Numbered from the stretch's first letter, positions 26,210 through 42,273 are shown. The stretch is DNA of 64,000 nucleotides from the human T2T-CHM13v2.0 reference genome, Homo sapiens (GCF_009914755.1 NC_060931.1); one strand, 5' to 3'. Program-made: numbers and translations. Notes: generated by a model from the sequence alone, not told the origin.

Positions 26210-26290
26210 CTAGGATACCTTTGACCATCCATATTTCTAGGAAGCCCTCTGACTATCCATATTTCTAGGAAACCCTTTGACCATCCATAT
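26210..26290. repeat. ~28-bp minisatellite, ~3 copies
   Basis: Unit approximately ctaggaaaccctttgaccatccatattt. Confidence 0.85.
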
Positions 26291-26594
26291 GTGGCTACTT
26301 TTTTATACATACAGTACTCATGCAAAATAAACAGAAAAATAAAAGAGTAAATCCCAACTTCCAGGTGACAGTTTACAGCATATCTGGCAACTACGTGGTA
26401 GAGTTTAGTGGGCCTGCCAGAGTCCTTGTGTATGCCCCAGACATAGGCATACACACACAGAGCTCAAGAAAGCTGCTCAAGAAAATGACAGTCTTTTTTT
26501 TCTTTTTCTTTTTCTTTTGGGGGGAACTTTCACTGGTATAGAACTAACTGGGCACATAATGGGTAAGGACAAACACTGAAACTTTTTTTTTTTA

Positions 26595-26993
<399 letters not shown>

Positions 26994-28492
26994 TTAGCCA
27001 TGTGTAACATGTGCATCCAGGCAACTGACTGTCACCAGACTTCTCCATGGCCTTACTCAAACTGAGTAAGCTGGTAGTATTTCCTAAGAGTTGTCACTCA
27101 GTTGTGAAAACAGAGAGCTTTTTGTTTTTTGGAAAATCCTGATCAGCCGAAATGACTGGGTGGTCAGCCTTGCCCATCTTTTGGCTACTTAGATAAAGGC
27201 TTCTTTTCCCAGGCAAGGAGAGAGATGATGGTTAACTTGCTTTTTAGACTGAGGTCATTGCTATTCGCTGGTGTAATGAATAAGCTAGACGTTTAAAAAC
27301 AAAACAAAACAAAACAAAAAACCTCCTTTCAAAAGCAACCACATTTTTCTCTTCTCTGGAAATGAACAGAACGCGTCATGAACAGAACACGTCATAATTT
27401 TTTAAACATCCATCAGTGCCCATGAAAAAAATTTTTAAAAATAATCTGAATCTCACTTGTTTATTGCCTACAATATCAATCAATGGCTTAGGTATCTCTC
27501 CGTGTTCTATTACTTCTCACCGCTCTTAATTCATGAGGTCAAACAGAATCTTAAAACATCATTAAAAAATTTCCTCCCTTTCCATGTCTCAAGGTATCTG
27601 TAAATGGACAATTTGGGTGTGCTGAAATCAAATGACTGACCAAGGCCCATAACTGTGATCACAGGTAAAATGTTTTTCTGCTTTGCCAAAAATCCGAGTT
27701 TCCTTTGCTCTCTCTGTCAAGCTGAAAGAGCCCTCCCAGACCCAGGGGCCAGGTGGAGAGGCCACTCACACCCGCCCTGTGCCGGTCTACCTTGGATGGC
27801 CTCACCAGGGCACGGTTCCCGGGGTGGTGACTCAGCTCTGGAGGACCACCTGCTGCGTGGGGGTTGCTGCCTAGCAGGTCACTGCCAGTCACGAGGGCAG
27901 AGAGACCCAAAGGATCAGAGAACAGCTCTGAGCAGGTCAAGGGCAGTGCCAGAAGGAAAGCCTTTGTTTACAGAGGGAAAGATCCTGCACCTTGAAGTGA
28001 GGCATTAAAGAGTAGAGGGGCTTTGCACCTGCATCCTAAGCCTCTTGGTTCACCACTAAGCCGCAAAGCCACAGGGAGGAAACCACTGGGAATACCATCA
28101 CAGAAAATGAAGGTAGGGCCACAGGGCACCTCCCACTCTCAAAGGGAAAAGACGGCCCTGGATCATCTTTCTAAAACACCACTTTGATGAAGTCGCCATG
28201 GTTTTCTAAAGTAATAAATGGCAGCCACTACCTGCAAGATAACAGAGTGCATTTGAAACCTTTCCACCACCTAAGTCCAACCCACCTTCAGGGCATTCGC
28301 TCTACTTCCTTAGATAAAGCCTCTGCTGGGGTTAAGATGTTCTGTCTCCGCTGCCCCCACTCTGCAGGCTTTCTCCTCCCGCTGGCTGGTGCAGAGAATG
28401 GGGGAGCCATTAGGAGCCACAGACACTGAGCTATTCTACATGGAATTCTTTTTATTGTTTGATCTATTTCACATGTACAAAGCTTTGACCTT

Positions 28493-28566
28493 CCAGTTCT
28501 AAGAATTCCTACTTAGAACTGGTAGGTTCTAAGAACTCCTACTTAGAACTGGTAGGTTCTAAGAAC
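28493..28566. repeat. 30-bp minisatellite, ~2.4 copies, with an internal inverted repeat
   Basis: Unit gttctaagaa(t/c)tcctacttagaactggtag. Confidence 0.9.
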
Positions 28567-30638
28567 CTCCCTGGACCGATTCTGGCACATGTCTCTTCTG
28601 AACTCACAGAGCTTGTGCCTTAACAATTTAGAGTCAACTGACTTTGCTGTCCTCTCTAATGTGTTAAGTTTCAGTCCGTGACAAACATTGACAAGACGTG
28701 TACCTCATCAAGCACTGTAAAGGGAAAGGACATGACCCCTGCGGCAGAGGTCCACAGTCACACAGATGACAGAAATGTGCCCGATGCCTTCCAATGTATG
28801 TCACAAATGCGTATTTGACAAGGGAGAGCAGAGACTCTGCAGGTGGTGAGTTTTGCCTGCAGCGCCACAGAAGTCTTCATTGGGGAGCTCCAGGCTGGAT
28901 TTTAAAGGAAAAGCTGAATTTTAAAGGAAGAACAGGTTAAACACCGAAGGAAAATGGGGAGGAGTGAATGTTTCAAGGAACACGTATACCAAACAACAGA
29001 GTGCATTCTCTCCAGCTCTGCAGCTCGGGGTTCCAGGGTCGGGGGTCCCACAAGGTGGGAAGGAGAAGCAGGCCTTATCACGAAGGGCTTTGTAGGACAG
29101 GCCGAGTGTGTACGACGTTTGAGGTGGAATGACAGGGCTACGCCCTGTGGAAGGGGCCGACTGTAGGACTGCTCGGAATTGGGAGTTTGACAGGAGAGAG
29201 GCACTTTCACAGACATTATCTGGTTTGATCACCACCCCTTCTTGAGCCATATATTTGGCGATTAATTGTGCACTTGTGACATGTTCCTTTCTGCTGTCTG
29301 TTCCTTAATGCCCCCTGCTTTTTTGTCTTGTCCCCAGCTGGGCTATCTGTTCCTGGCGGCCACAGAACAATACCTTCTTTAATGGCTCCCACAGTGACCA
29401 GCACGTGCCTTAAACTCAGAGCAGGTCAATCAATCAAACTCCTTTTAACTGAAAGTTTAGGATGTGCTTTTGCCACACTCTCAAGTAAGTAAGTAAATTC
29501 ATCAGCAAATACCAAGTCCTAAAATAATGAATGGTACTTAGGAAACACATAAAGAGTGGTAGAAAACTAGATGGGCTGGGGTCATCCTGTGGAGGCCCTG
29601 GACGGCCCGGCTAAAGCATTTGGAACTCCTCTGTAGAAGTGTTTTGATAAAGAAATGATGTGATTGAAGCTATGCTTAATAGAAGATGAATTTGGCAGTA
29701 GGATGGGCTGGAGGGAGACAGTCGCTGTGGTGGTAGAAAGAAGAGGTGAAGAAGTGTTGCCAAGCCAGGTGAGAGCGTTTGCTACCATCTGCACTAGCAC
29801 GCAGCGCCGTTCCTCTAGGGCCCCTTGAGCTTAAGGTAGTTCTTTTCTCACATCTGTCGCACTTAGGAAGATCACATGGTGATGCTGGCTTTTATTCTCC
29901 CTCCCTTTCTTCCTTCTAATAATTAGCAAGCAACAGTTATCTGCCAGACACTGTGCTATTACACAAGGGAGAGAGAGATGAAAGGCAGTCTCTACTCTGA
30001 TGCCTTGTGGGAGAGGAAGAAAAGTATCTGGTTAAAACGCAGCATATTGAATTCTCTGATATGCCCTCCCTCCCTCTCTCTCCCCCTGCTGGCCAGTCTG
30101 TCTTCCACTTCTTTCTTTTTCTTCCAAAAAAAGGATCTGAGGCATAATGAAGGAAGTCAGCTAGGAATGGGGAAGAAGGAAGCTAATCTAATGCGAGGAA
30201 TCCCTGGAGGAGGTGGCACCTGAGATGACTTTCAGGTGAGCAGGTATCAGCCAGAGGAAACCAGGAGGAAGGGAGAAGAGACGTGCGCAGACACAGGCTG
30301 GGGCAGAGGAGTGGGCTTAGCGGCCTCCTGAGACATGAGCTGGAACCTGGAAAATGAGGAGCCATGAAAGAGCTTTAATGAGAGAAAGACAATGACATCT
30401 ACGCTTTAGAAGGATCGGTCTGGAGACAGCAGAAGGGCTTATCGGAAGGTAGTGACTCTGTAGTCAAAGAGATAGCAAAGTACAGATTTGAGAGATGCCA
30501 CAACAGACGCATTAAGCCCTGGAGCTGGAATGATATGCACACTGAGAGAGTGAGGGAGTGAGGTCCTTGCTGAAGACCTTTAAAATGAGTTTATTTCACC
30601 CAGAAGCTCCAGCAAGGGACACACTCACTGCCTTGTGC

Positions 30639-30657
30639 TGGCCACGAGGTGGCAGCC
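30639..30657 (+). promoter_or_regulatory. CTCF core motif
   Basis: TGGCCACGAGGTGGCAGCC closely matches the CTCF consensus. Nearby are a YY1-like GCCATTTT and an E-box CACGTG at 30711-30716. Confidence 0.6.
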
Positions 30658-31489
30658 TCGCACAGCCATTTTAGCAGAAAATGCGTCCCATCCTCACCGG
30701 CGCTCACCACCACGTGGGCAGAGCCACTAAAAAAATTCCACCACGGGGACAGGAGCTCTCTGAGCTTGCCCCATAAACACGCTTTTCTCCCACAGAAAGC
30801 CTCCACAGAAGCAATGAAAAAGTCAGTTGATTTGGGGAGAGAAGCGTAAAAGCTCGTGCTCTTCAGAGAGCTCTGGGCTGTTTCAGGGTGGCGGCCGAGC
30901 CCTCTGACAACTGCGAAGAGACGGAGACAATACAGGCTGGGGATGAAGCGGTTTGATGAAGGGCATTACCCTCAACGAGAACCAACTGGAGAACCAACTC
31001 GTGGAGAGCTCGGGCCCCATGACTCAGTCTGACCTGACGCTGGCGAATGCTGCTGAGGACCCTGAAAACCTGCAGGGACCCTGTCCCAGGCCAGCGACAG
31101 CCACCCCTCAGGGCCCCTGGTCTCTGTCAGGCAATGCGGGTCATCTGAGGGAGGCTGGGCCACAGATTCCACGTGTAGCTGGGAGGGGTTGCTGCGTCTG
31201 GCGAGGCAAGGGCTGCTGTCTAAACTTCCAAGGGAATGGTGTGGGCACCCCAGGAGGAAGGGATGCCCTGACCCCGCTGCATAGTCGAGGGCATGGAGAA
31301 CCCATCCGACTGTGGCCTTGTGGCCCATCCCCATTCTCTGACGGGCTCATTGTGATTTTCAGCCACTTGCTATTTGCCACTCAGAGGCAAAGCGGCTGCA
31401 AGAGGTAGGAGAAAGCAAGAGACTCCCTCACCTGGAATAGAGCATCCACCGCGATCCCAGAAAAGACAAATCCTGTTGCAGGCACTTCA

Positions 31490-31660
31490 ATCCACACAGC
31501 AGTCCTGGGATGAGGGTCCTGTTACCATCCCCATTTCACAGATGAGGAAACTGAGGCACAAAGCATGAAGTAACTTGAACGTGCCCAGAGTCACACTGCT
31601 AGCAAGGAGCAGAGCTGGAGTTTAGGCCCAGGTGGCCTGACCTCAGAGCTTGTGCACTAC
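31490..31660 (-). mobile_element. MIR
   Basis: ccccatttcacagatgaggaaactgaggcaca core. Confidence 0.8.
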
Positions 31661-31960
31661 CCGCTGCCTGGTACAGTCCACAGAGAGGGGGCCAGTGCCC
31701 GGCCCAGAACCACATGCCCTGGGGCTGGAGACAGGTCAGGGCAGCCGAAAGGTGGAGCGCCCTCTCCAGCACTTCTTCCTCACCCCCTGCGGCTTTCTCC
31801 TGTGCTCCGACTGCCACCACTTGCTTGGGCAGCCAAGCATGACAAACTGGCCAGCCACCAAGCAGGACTTTTCAGAGGAGGAGTAAAAACCCTTGTATGA
31901 ACGTACACTCTTCTTGTCACACACAAACGCCCTTCCTTCCACCTTCAAAGGTGATTCTGA

Positions 31961-32315
<355 letters not shown>

Positions 32316-33809
32316 TCCCTGATGTTTTTAACTAACATTGCTAGTGGTTTAAGTTGGGCACCGACAAGTATTAGAACGTAATTGCAGAGGTCACGTTGTT
32401 TGAACACCGGAACTTCAAGGCGTGCTTGAACCACCTGATCAAAGGAGAAGGGACTGAGGACCAACAGGAGTGGGGCTAAAGGCATCCTTCTGCTCCAGTT
32501 TCCTGTGAACCCGCTCCTCTGAGGAAAGGAGTAGTCCCCACGGAAGACACAGGATCCTTCTGGGGGTCCTCCTTGGCCACGTCACACTTCCAGACTGTGT
32601 GGCGGGACACTGACCATCAAGCCGACAGACGTGGGTTTTAAAGCTACGCCTTAAAATCAGCAACTCCCTTTCCTCATGAATATTTTAGTGTGTAATATAG
32701 AAGATGTTTTTACACTGAATTAAAGTGCCTGCCACTGAATCTTCCTGCTGGAATTATGGGGGGTGGGAGGAGATGGAAAAAAAATCAATGTTTCAAAGCA
32801 GTCCTGATGTGCTAAAAATATCTCTCACTTCTCCTTTCATCTGTCTGGTCATTGTCCCAGACGCAAGCTCAGCACAGCCTCGCCCATACAACATGTCGAA
32901 TCGCTGTCTACCTCCACTTCTTAATCGGACAAAGAGAGAATATTCTTTTTTTTTTTTTCCTTCCTCAGACATTAGTCCAAGATTACAGACTAGGATATAG
33001 CAACCTATTATTCAAGAACAGCTTTTAAAGGTAGCTGCTTCAGACTGGCACTTCGGGAAAACTTTGAAAGTAGACTTCTTTTTTTTTTTAATGCTTATTT
33101 TAACTATAGATTGGTGATAACGATTCAACCCCAGAGATCCAGCTAACTGTTGGCACAGAAATCCTTAACGCTACTCTCAAGCAAATAAGATCTTGTAAGG
33201 GGAAACTCCTGCAAAATATACCTTGTGAACAAGCTGCTCGCACCTCCTCTTGCAGCTGCAAAGATATTCTACTCTATTGCTTAACTCGTGACCTTGAAAA
33301 AACTCCACCTTTCCTGCCAGCAGCTCCACTGCATCCACCTGTCCCTACAGGTAGTAAAAGATTAGACAAAACAGAACCACGTTTACACAACACACTTCCG
33401 AGCCTCTCTTCCTTCTAGCCCCTGTCCCACCCCGACTCCAAGGTCGAAGTTCATTTCTTGCAGGCTTCACTTTTCAGGATTAACCAACACTGTGCTTTTT
33501 CATTCTGCTCAACACCAGTCCTTTGGCCTCACAGTGCTCGCCTGTGTGGAACACGCTGCAGCCACCAGGTCATCTGCTTTAGACCCAGCTCCATGTCAAG
33601 TCCTGTTACGGTCCCTCGGGCATATTGTCATGCTCCTGGGCACCTGAAAACTGACAACTGGTTTCAAATTTCTTACAATTTGCTTTTCTGGTCTATCCTT
33701 ATTTATTCCCCTCACAGTGACATTCATAGGAAGAGGAAGTAGCAGGCAGTCTCTTGGGGACGGGTCTCTCCTGAATACCTGGGGGGATGCCCTGGGCTGG
33801 GGAACCTCA

Positions 33810-34395
<586 letters not shown>

Positions 34396-34849
34396 AATGA
34401 CATCAGCCTACTTTGACCTCTTGAGTTCCTCTGATCTCTGAATGTTCTGGAGCAAGGACCTTTAACAGCATCTCCATCTCTTCCTGGCCTTGCCGCCCCA
34501 CCCAGTAAAACCATAATACTTGCTGGTATAGCCTCTTCCTGCAAATAAAAGTATACAAGGAGTTCAGAACGGACACTCCAAACAAAGGGATTTATGACCT
34601 TGGTCTCATGTTCTCTTGTGGTGGTAAAATTCACTTTTCTATGAAATTAAAAATTCCTCCCTTGAACAACATTGCCAGAGGTCCCCAGAACAAGGCAAAA
34701 CTGGGTATTCAAAACTTTTTAAGTTTAGGAAACGCTGCCTGGAATCTCTATTTCTCCCTCCTCTGGTTGCATTCTATTCCTCAGGTTATGTGCTTCTGAA
34801 ATTCGTATCTAGCTCTGTGCCCAAAGATGCTTCCAGCTCGCTTGCTTCC

Positions 34850-35300
34850 CCTGCTCCCTGCTCCCCGCAGGCCTGCGGAGAGCACCGCCCCAGTCTGCTA
34901 TTAAGATCTGCTCAACTGTTTAATTGCACAGCCCGTCCCAGCAGCAACCTCTCCACAGCCTCTCACTTGCCAACCAACTGGCCGCCCACTCACATTCTCT
35001 TGCCGGCTTGCTCACTGCCCAAACACACACCCCTCCCCCCAGTTCATCTCTTACCCACTCACACAACGAAGATCCGACTTATCCAATTTGCTGACGTACT
35101 TTACCTGAAGCCCCACCCACCCCCCTCCACTTTTCCAGAGTTCTACCCACAAGAAAAGGAAAGCAGCCGGCCCGGTCTAAATACAAAAGATTTACTGTCA
35201 ACACCTTGAAACTTGGAAAGGGTCCATTACATGCCAGCATCAGACTTTTGGTGGAGAAGCGCGGTGGTGGGGAGGGTAGGAAGATGCTGAGAAGAAAAGA
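34850..35300 (-). promoter_or_regulatory. candidate internal promoter/enhancer
   Basis: Unique sequence with CpGs, CCAAT (35083), half-CRE TGACGT (35092-35097), C-rich KLF boxes, and a minus-strand donor CAG|GTAAAG at 35104. Confidence 0.35.
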
Positions 35301-35651
35301 CGAAGGGGAAGAGGGAGATGAAAATCCATCAGTCCTCCCTCTGAGTCTAGTTGGCCAGGACGAGGACGACACAGGACTTTTGTGAAAGATTCTGGAAATA
35401 TTTCAGAGAGTTGCCTTGAGAATATCCACATGGCGGTACATAGGGCATAAAATCTGGGTTCGAAGACCTGAGCCTGAGTCCTGGCTTTCCACCTGCTAAC
35501 CACATCCCTGCCATCAGGGCAGGCTGATGTTTCCTGGTCAGTACAACAGGGCTGCAGAAATCTATTTTGCAGAGTTGCCGGGAGGATCAAATGAAGTTAT
35601 GTGTGTGAAAGCATCTTGTAAACTGTAAACACTAGACATGGTATACATTAG

Positions 35652-36049
<398 letters not shown>

Positions 36050-36879
36050 TAATCATGGCTTTTAAGGGGTCAATGCAAGCCAGGGAAGATGGACAAAAAG
36101 AGGAATTACAGAACACAGTATGACACATGTACAACTGGGTAAGCAGAAAGGGCTGTGGAAGCACCCAAGGGGCACCTAGCCCAGCCCTTAGGAGTCAGCA
36201 GAGGCTGCCTGGTGGAGGTTTCATCTGAACAGGTGCTCTGAAGGGACAGTAGCCATTGGCCAGGAAGAGGGAAGGAAGAGCTTCCAGGCAGAGGACAAGC
36301 ATGATGGGCTTCATTTGGCTGCACCAGAGATCAACAAACAATGGTAAGGATGGGGGGAGTCCTGAGAGGTAAGACCAGATCATGAAGGGTGTCTTGAGCC
36401 CTGTCAAGACATGATGAGGTCAACCAAGCAACAATAACATCACAAGACAACAGGTTTCTTTCTGGGTCCTGACAGTGTATGTAAGTTATGCGGCTTGAAC
36501 TTACTGGACGGCATTAATGAGCTTCTGTTCATGTCTAATAAGGAAAAAAGAGGGTTCTATCATGGGTTATGCCACATTTGTTTTTCTTGGTAGTTGGGAC
36601 AGTTGCTTTGTTAATTGCCTTTTTTGAACATACTCTCCTATACCCACAGCACATTTGCTGGAGTCATGGGGGTGGGGTGTGATAATCTGCACTATTCATG
36701 AGCTGTGGCCAGGTGATCCAGCACAAAGATGCCCAGCTGTGGGGAATACATTCATTCTTCCCTAACACATTAAAACCACAACCAAGGAAAGCTGGCTGAA
36801 TAAAACTGAGTGGCCCCAAGGATACAAACACCTCCAACACGAGTCATTTATTTATGAAAAGTGAATAGGATACAAATTA

Positions 36880-37090
36880 AAAGCTTGGGCGCAGGAGCCA
36901 GACTGCTGTGACTTGAATCCTGGCTCCTCCATTTCCAACTTCCCCCAGCCTCAGTTGTCTATCTGTAAAATGGGTCTCATAGTAGGATCTGCCACACAGG
37001 ATTGTGTATTAAAAGAGATAATCAATATCGAGTATTTGGCACAGTGCCTGGCACATGGGGCTCCCAACACATGGTGTTGGTGGTGTTCCT
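36880..37090 (+). mobile_element. MIR
   Basis: gcctcagttgtctatctgtaaaatggg...ttggcacagtgcctggcaca. Confidence 0.7.
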
Positions 37091-38832
37091 ATTTGTTGTT
37101 TTTCTCTTGTAGCAATGCTGAATCCAGTCTGCTCCCACTTACAGTTTACATGATGGAAGAATTAGAGACTTGAACACAGAAATGAATTATCCCTGTTAAC
37201 CCTAACCCCAGAACATTGAGGCCACAGGAAATACAACCGCAGTGACCTGGACTTCTGCGTTAGTCATGATCAGTACGTATTAGGTCACAGCTAGTCTACG
37301 CTTTATCACATGGTGGTGACATTCCAGTTTCATATGAGAGGGCTCTCAGTTAAGTAAGTGCACTAAAAATGCATACTGGAAAACACCCGTGATCTATCTA
37401 AAACATTGTTCCAGTGCCCTCGTTTTTTTGTTTTGCTTTGTTTTTTTAAATCCCAGAGAGCAATACCATAAAATATTTCATTAGACCTTTTTATTCAAGA
37501 TCCATCTTAAAAAGTTGAGGCTGTACCTCAAATATCTTTTATTTTCCTTGCTGACTTGTTACATGACCCCCACTGGCCTGTGAATATATCCAAAGATTTT
37601 TCTGTGTTTTAATCTGAACTCACTTTGAAGCTATTTATATGTTTGGCATGGTAACACAATGGAGGTAATAAACACCATGCAGGTCTGACTCAGCTTTGAA
37701 AGCAGCTTTCTGAGTGACACCTTCCTCAGGATTCCCTGAGCTAACTTTATGGGATCTGGTAAGTAACTTCATATTCACTCCATAGCACTTACGATCTCCC
37801 AATCATTTCCTGCAGATCTAGCCTGGAAGCTAAATTTTAAAACTAGCTGTGAATTTAGAAGATGATTCATAAGCTCTGTGCATACCATGGTTATGACTGG
37901 TGGAAGGCAGAGATTCTTACATCAGTCTTCTTTACATTTTAACAGCAAGGAAAATAACAGGTTAGAGGAGTACTTTGTATCTACCCTCCCTTGCTTCCGG
38001 CAAATTAATGAAAGCCAAATAAATTGCAACACTTTGATATCTGTGTCTCTGTAACGTTAAAGACAGCCCTGGGCTGCGAGAGATGAACGTGGTAGAGCAC
38101 CTCCGGGCCAGCTTCCCAGTGGAGCAATGGTATTGGAGAGGTGGACAACGTGGGGAGGCTGAGGGAGCTAGATCTTCGAAGGCAGAGAACAACACGGTGT
38201 GTCAGGCAAGCCACAAGCTCTTTTTGCAGCATAAAAGCAAGAGGGGAGAGTGGCAGGAGAAAAACTCAGGTTACTTATTTTTTTTTTTTTCTGAAAACCA
38301 CTTGCTGAAATAGAATGCCTCTTCTGAATACTGATGTCATTAGACTATCAATTTAGGTTATATTAAATTTTTTCAGGATAGCTATCCTTAAATTTCAAAG
38401 CATTTATTGGCCAGGTTTCTAAAGTGTGATAGCATCATTCACCAGGAAGCAGGGAATTTAGAATCGAGGTGACACCGGACCACAGAGTGAGTCTCTGGTG
38501 TAGAGGCAGGAATATGCTCAGTAAGGTAGCTCGTCAGCCATAAGGCTGCCCAGGAGTGAGGCTTCCTCTGCAGGGTCTCACGGGTGCCTTCTCATGCCTT
38601 TTACTGGAGCCATATCTAATGACTTTAAAAGGTTAACCCTGGATCTGTTCTGGTGAACTTCATCCATGTTTGTAACATCCTAGAAAGTATTTATTCTGAG
38701 AAGCTGAAAAACAAAAAAAGATCTTCCCAGATTTCTGAAAATGGGGTGGATACTGACCTACATTCAGTGTTCTAGATTAAAATCACAGATTTTGGATAGA
38801 GAAAGTATTCTCTGTAATCTAATAAAACCAAC

Positions 38833-39216
<384 letters not shown>

Positions 39217-40175
39217 TAATGTCAGGTGGTGACCAAAGCAAGTCTTTTATTGCAGGCTGGGTTTTTCCATGTGGCTGGTTGTATGCTTCACCAAGAGGCA
39301 GACACAGTAGGCCAGTTTCCTGTGCAGACCCAGCTGCAATCCCATCTCTAAGCCAGGATGCTATTAGGTCTCAACAACCCATGGGAATTTAGGGTGCTCA
39401 TGATTTAGGCTGGAAAGAGGTGACTAAGCTCCTTGATCTAAGGTCTATGCAACTGGCCACTCACTGCGGACCAGGGACATTCAATGCCAGACAGCGGTAG
39501 GGCTGGTCTGGGGCGGCAAGCCAGATCCTGGGCAAAGCAGCCTTTCTGCTAAGGGTTCCCTGGCAGACCACGACGATGGCCTCTTGCAAATGTGACCTGA
39601 CGGTGGCAAAAGTCTTCTTTCAAAGCCCATTCCTAGGGCCTGCTCTTTCCCCAGCACTGTCCCCCAGGAAGCCCCCTTGCTAGCCATATTCATAAAGTTA
39701 AACGACTAAAACATGTTTTGGAAAGTAGTTTCTCTTGGTATTTTAGTGTGTTGTTTACTCTCTTACTGTACTAACAATATAAATTGCTAAAGGCTTCCTG
39801 GAAATCAAAACTGCAAATTAGAGAAAAATAGGGTTAGAGAAAATGTCTTTGATAGTCCACTTTGAAATTCAAATAATGATTTGAGAAGTTTAAGAATTAT
39901 TACGTGAATAGATGGTAAAGTGACAGAATATTAATTATAGAATCTAGCCAGTGTATTTTTCATAATAAAATATTGGAAAAAAGTATTACCGCATCTTCTG
40001 TGCATACCAATATCCAACAAGTTCATGGGCTCCTACCGCTGGATATAATAGCAAAAAGTCTTGAAATATAAAATAAAGGAAGCACCACAAATTAAATAGG
40101 GAAAGATACATGACTCAAAACATGATGGGGGATTTACTTTGTGAAACAAAGTCCATTTGGATCTTTGTTTCACAC

Positions 40176-40482
40176 TTTTTTTTTTTTTTTTTTTAAAGAC
40201 ACAGGGTTCTTGCTCTGTTGCCTAGGCTGGAATGCAATAGCATGATAATAGCTAACTACAGCCTCAAGCTTCTGGGCTGAAGTGATCCTCCCACCTCAGC
40301 CTCCCAAGCAGCTAGGACTACAGACACATGCTACCATGCCTGCCTAATTTTTAAATTTTTTGGTAGAGGTGGGGTCTCACTGTGTTACCCAGGCTTGTCT
40401 TGAACTCCTAGCCTCAAGTGATTTTTCCACCTTAGCCCCCGCAAAGCACTGAGATTACAGGTGTGAGCCACTGTGCCTGGCC
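40176..40482 (-). mobile_element. AluJ
   Basis: Divergent reverse Alu. Confidence 0.88.
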
Positions 40483-40660
40483 ACATCTTACTTCTAATTT
40501 GGTGAGTTTAATGTTAAAAATGAAACTTTAAAAAAAAATAGATGAATATTTTCTAACTTCTGGGTAGGAAGGAATTCCTAAGCCTGAGGTAACAGAAGTT
40601 ACACAGGAAAAAAAAAAAGATAAAATAACTTACTCCACTACATAAAATATAAAGGTTCTC

Positions 40661-40872
40661 ATGAGAACACATGGACACAGGGAGCAGAACATCACACACC
40701 AGGGCCTGTTGGTGGGTGGCGGACTATGGGAGGGATAGCATTAGGAGAAATACCTAATGTAGATGGTGGTTTGATGGGTGCAGCAAACCACCATGGCACG
40801 TTTATACCTATGTAACAAACCTGCACGTTCTGCCCATGTATCCCAGAACTTAAAGTATAATAATAATAATAA
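40661..40872 (+). mobile_element. L1PA7-like 3' end inserted in an older L1M region (~40000-41570)
   Basis: gagaacacatggacacaggg...gcagcaaaccaccatggcacg...tatcccagaacttaaagtataataa. TSD ataaaggttct on both sides. Confidence 0.85.
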
Positions 40873-41578
40873 AATAAAGGTTCTGTATTTCCAATAAAGT
40901 ATAAGCAAAATTAAAAGTCAAAGAAGCTGGGAAAAGTATTTACCCCAAATATCGTATACACACACACACACACACACATCGTTATAAATATATCATAGAA
41001 ACAGTCACACCCTAGTAGAAAAGTTGATAATGGACACGAACAGAACATTTACAAAAGAAAACAACAGGCTGATGCACACAAGAAGAAAGTTCAGCGTTAC
41101 TGGTAGAGATGAAAACATGCCACATGCCTGACATGGAGTGAACATTCATTAAATAGCTTCTGAGTAGATGAACCAAAAAGAATGTAACCTTTTTGTCTAA
41201 AGATAAAAAAGAGAGAACACTCAATGCTGATGAAGATATGGAGAGAAGGACATTTCATACTTTGCTAAAATGTGCAGAACTTGGTTCAAGCTTTCTAGAA
41301 GACAATTTAGCAAGGTATATCAAGAATCTTACAGTTAACCTCCTTTTACTCAAGAAATTCACTGTAAGGAATCTCTCCTAAGGAAATCATTAAAAATATG
41401 CCCAAGATTCATGTATTTAAAAGGTTAATTACTATAATAAAAAATAGTTTTTAAAAACTGGAAGCAAATTAGACACTCCCAAATTAGAGAATTAGCACCA
41501 TTAGAAATATTTTAAAGGCATTTTAAAGCATAGGGAGAACATGCCTGTTTTAAAAGTGGGATAGAAAGTGTCTATACA

Positions 41579-42273
<695 letters not shown>

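Noticed and set aside
27362-27395. 16-bp tandem duplication atgaacagaac(g/a)cgtc; similar small duplications near 7600-7650 and 57613-57668
   Set aside because: Ordinary slippage-type duplications with no further evidence.
28493-28566. Palindromic 30-bp repeats superficially like a CRISPR array
   Set aside because: Head-to-tail with no unique spacers, in human DNA; it is a minisatellite.
30953-31408. 151-aa plus-strand ORF with overlapping minus-strand ORFs
   Set aside because: Non-ATG first codon, GC-rich DNA open in several frames, no recognisable domain or supporting splice structure.
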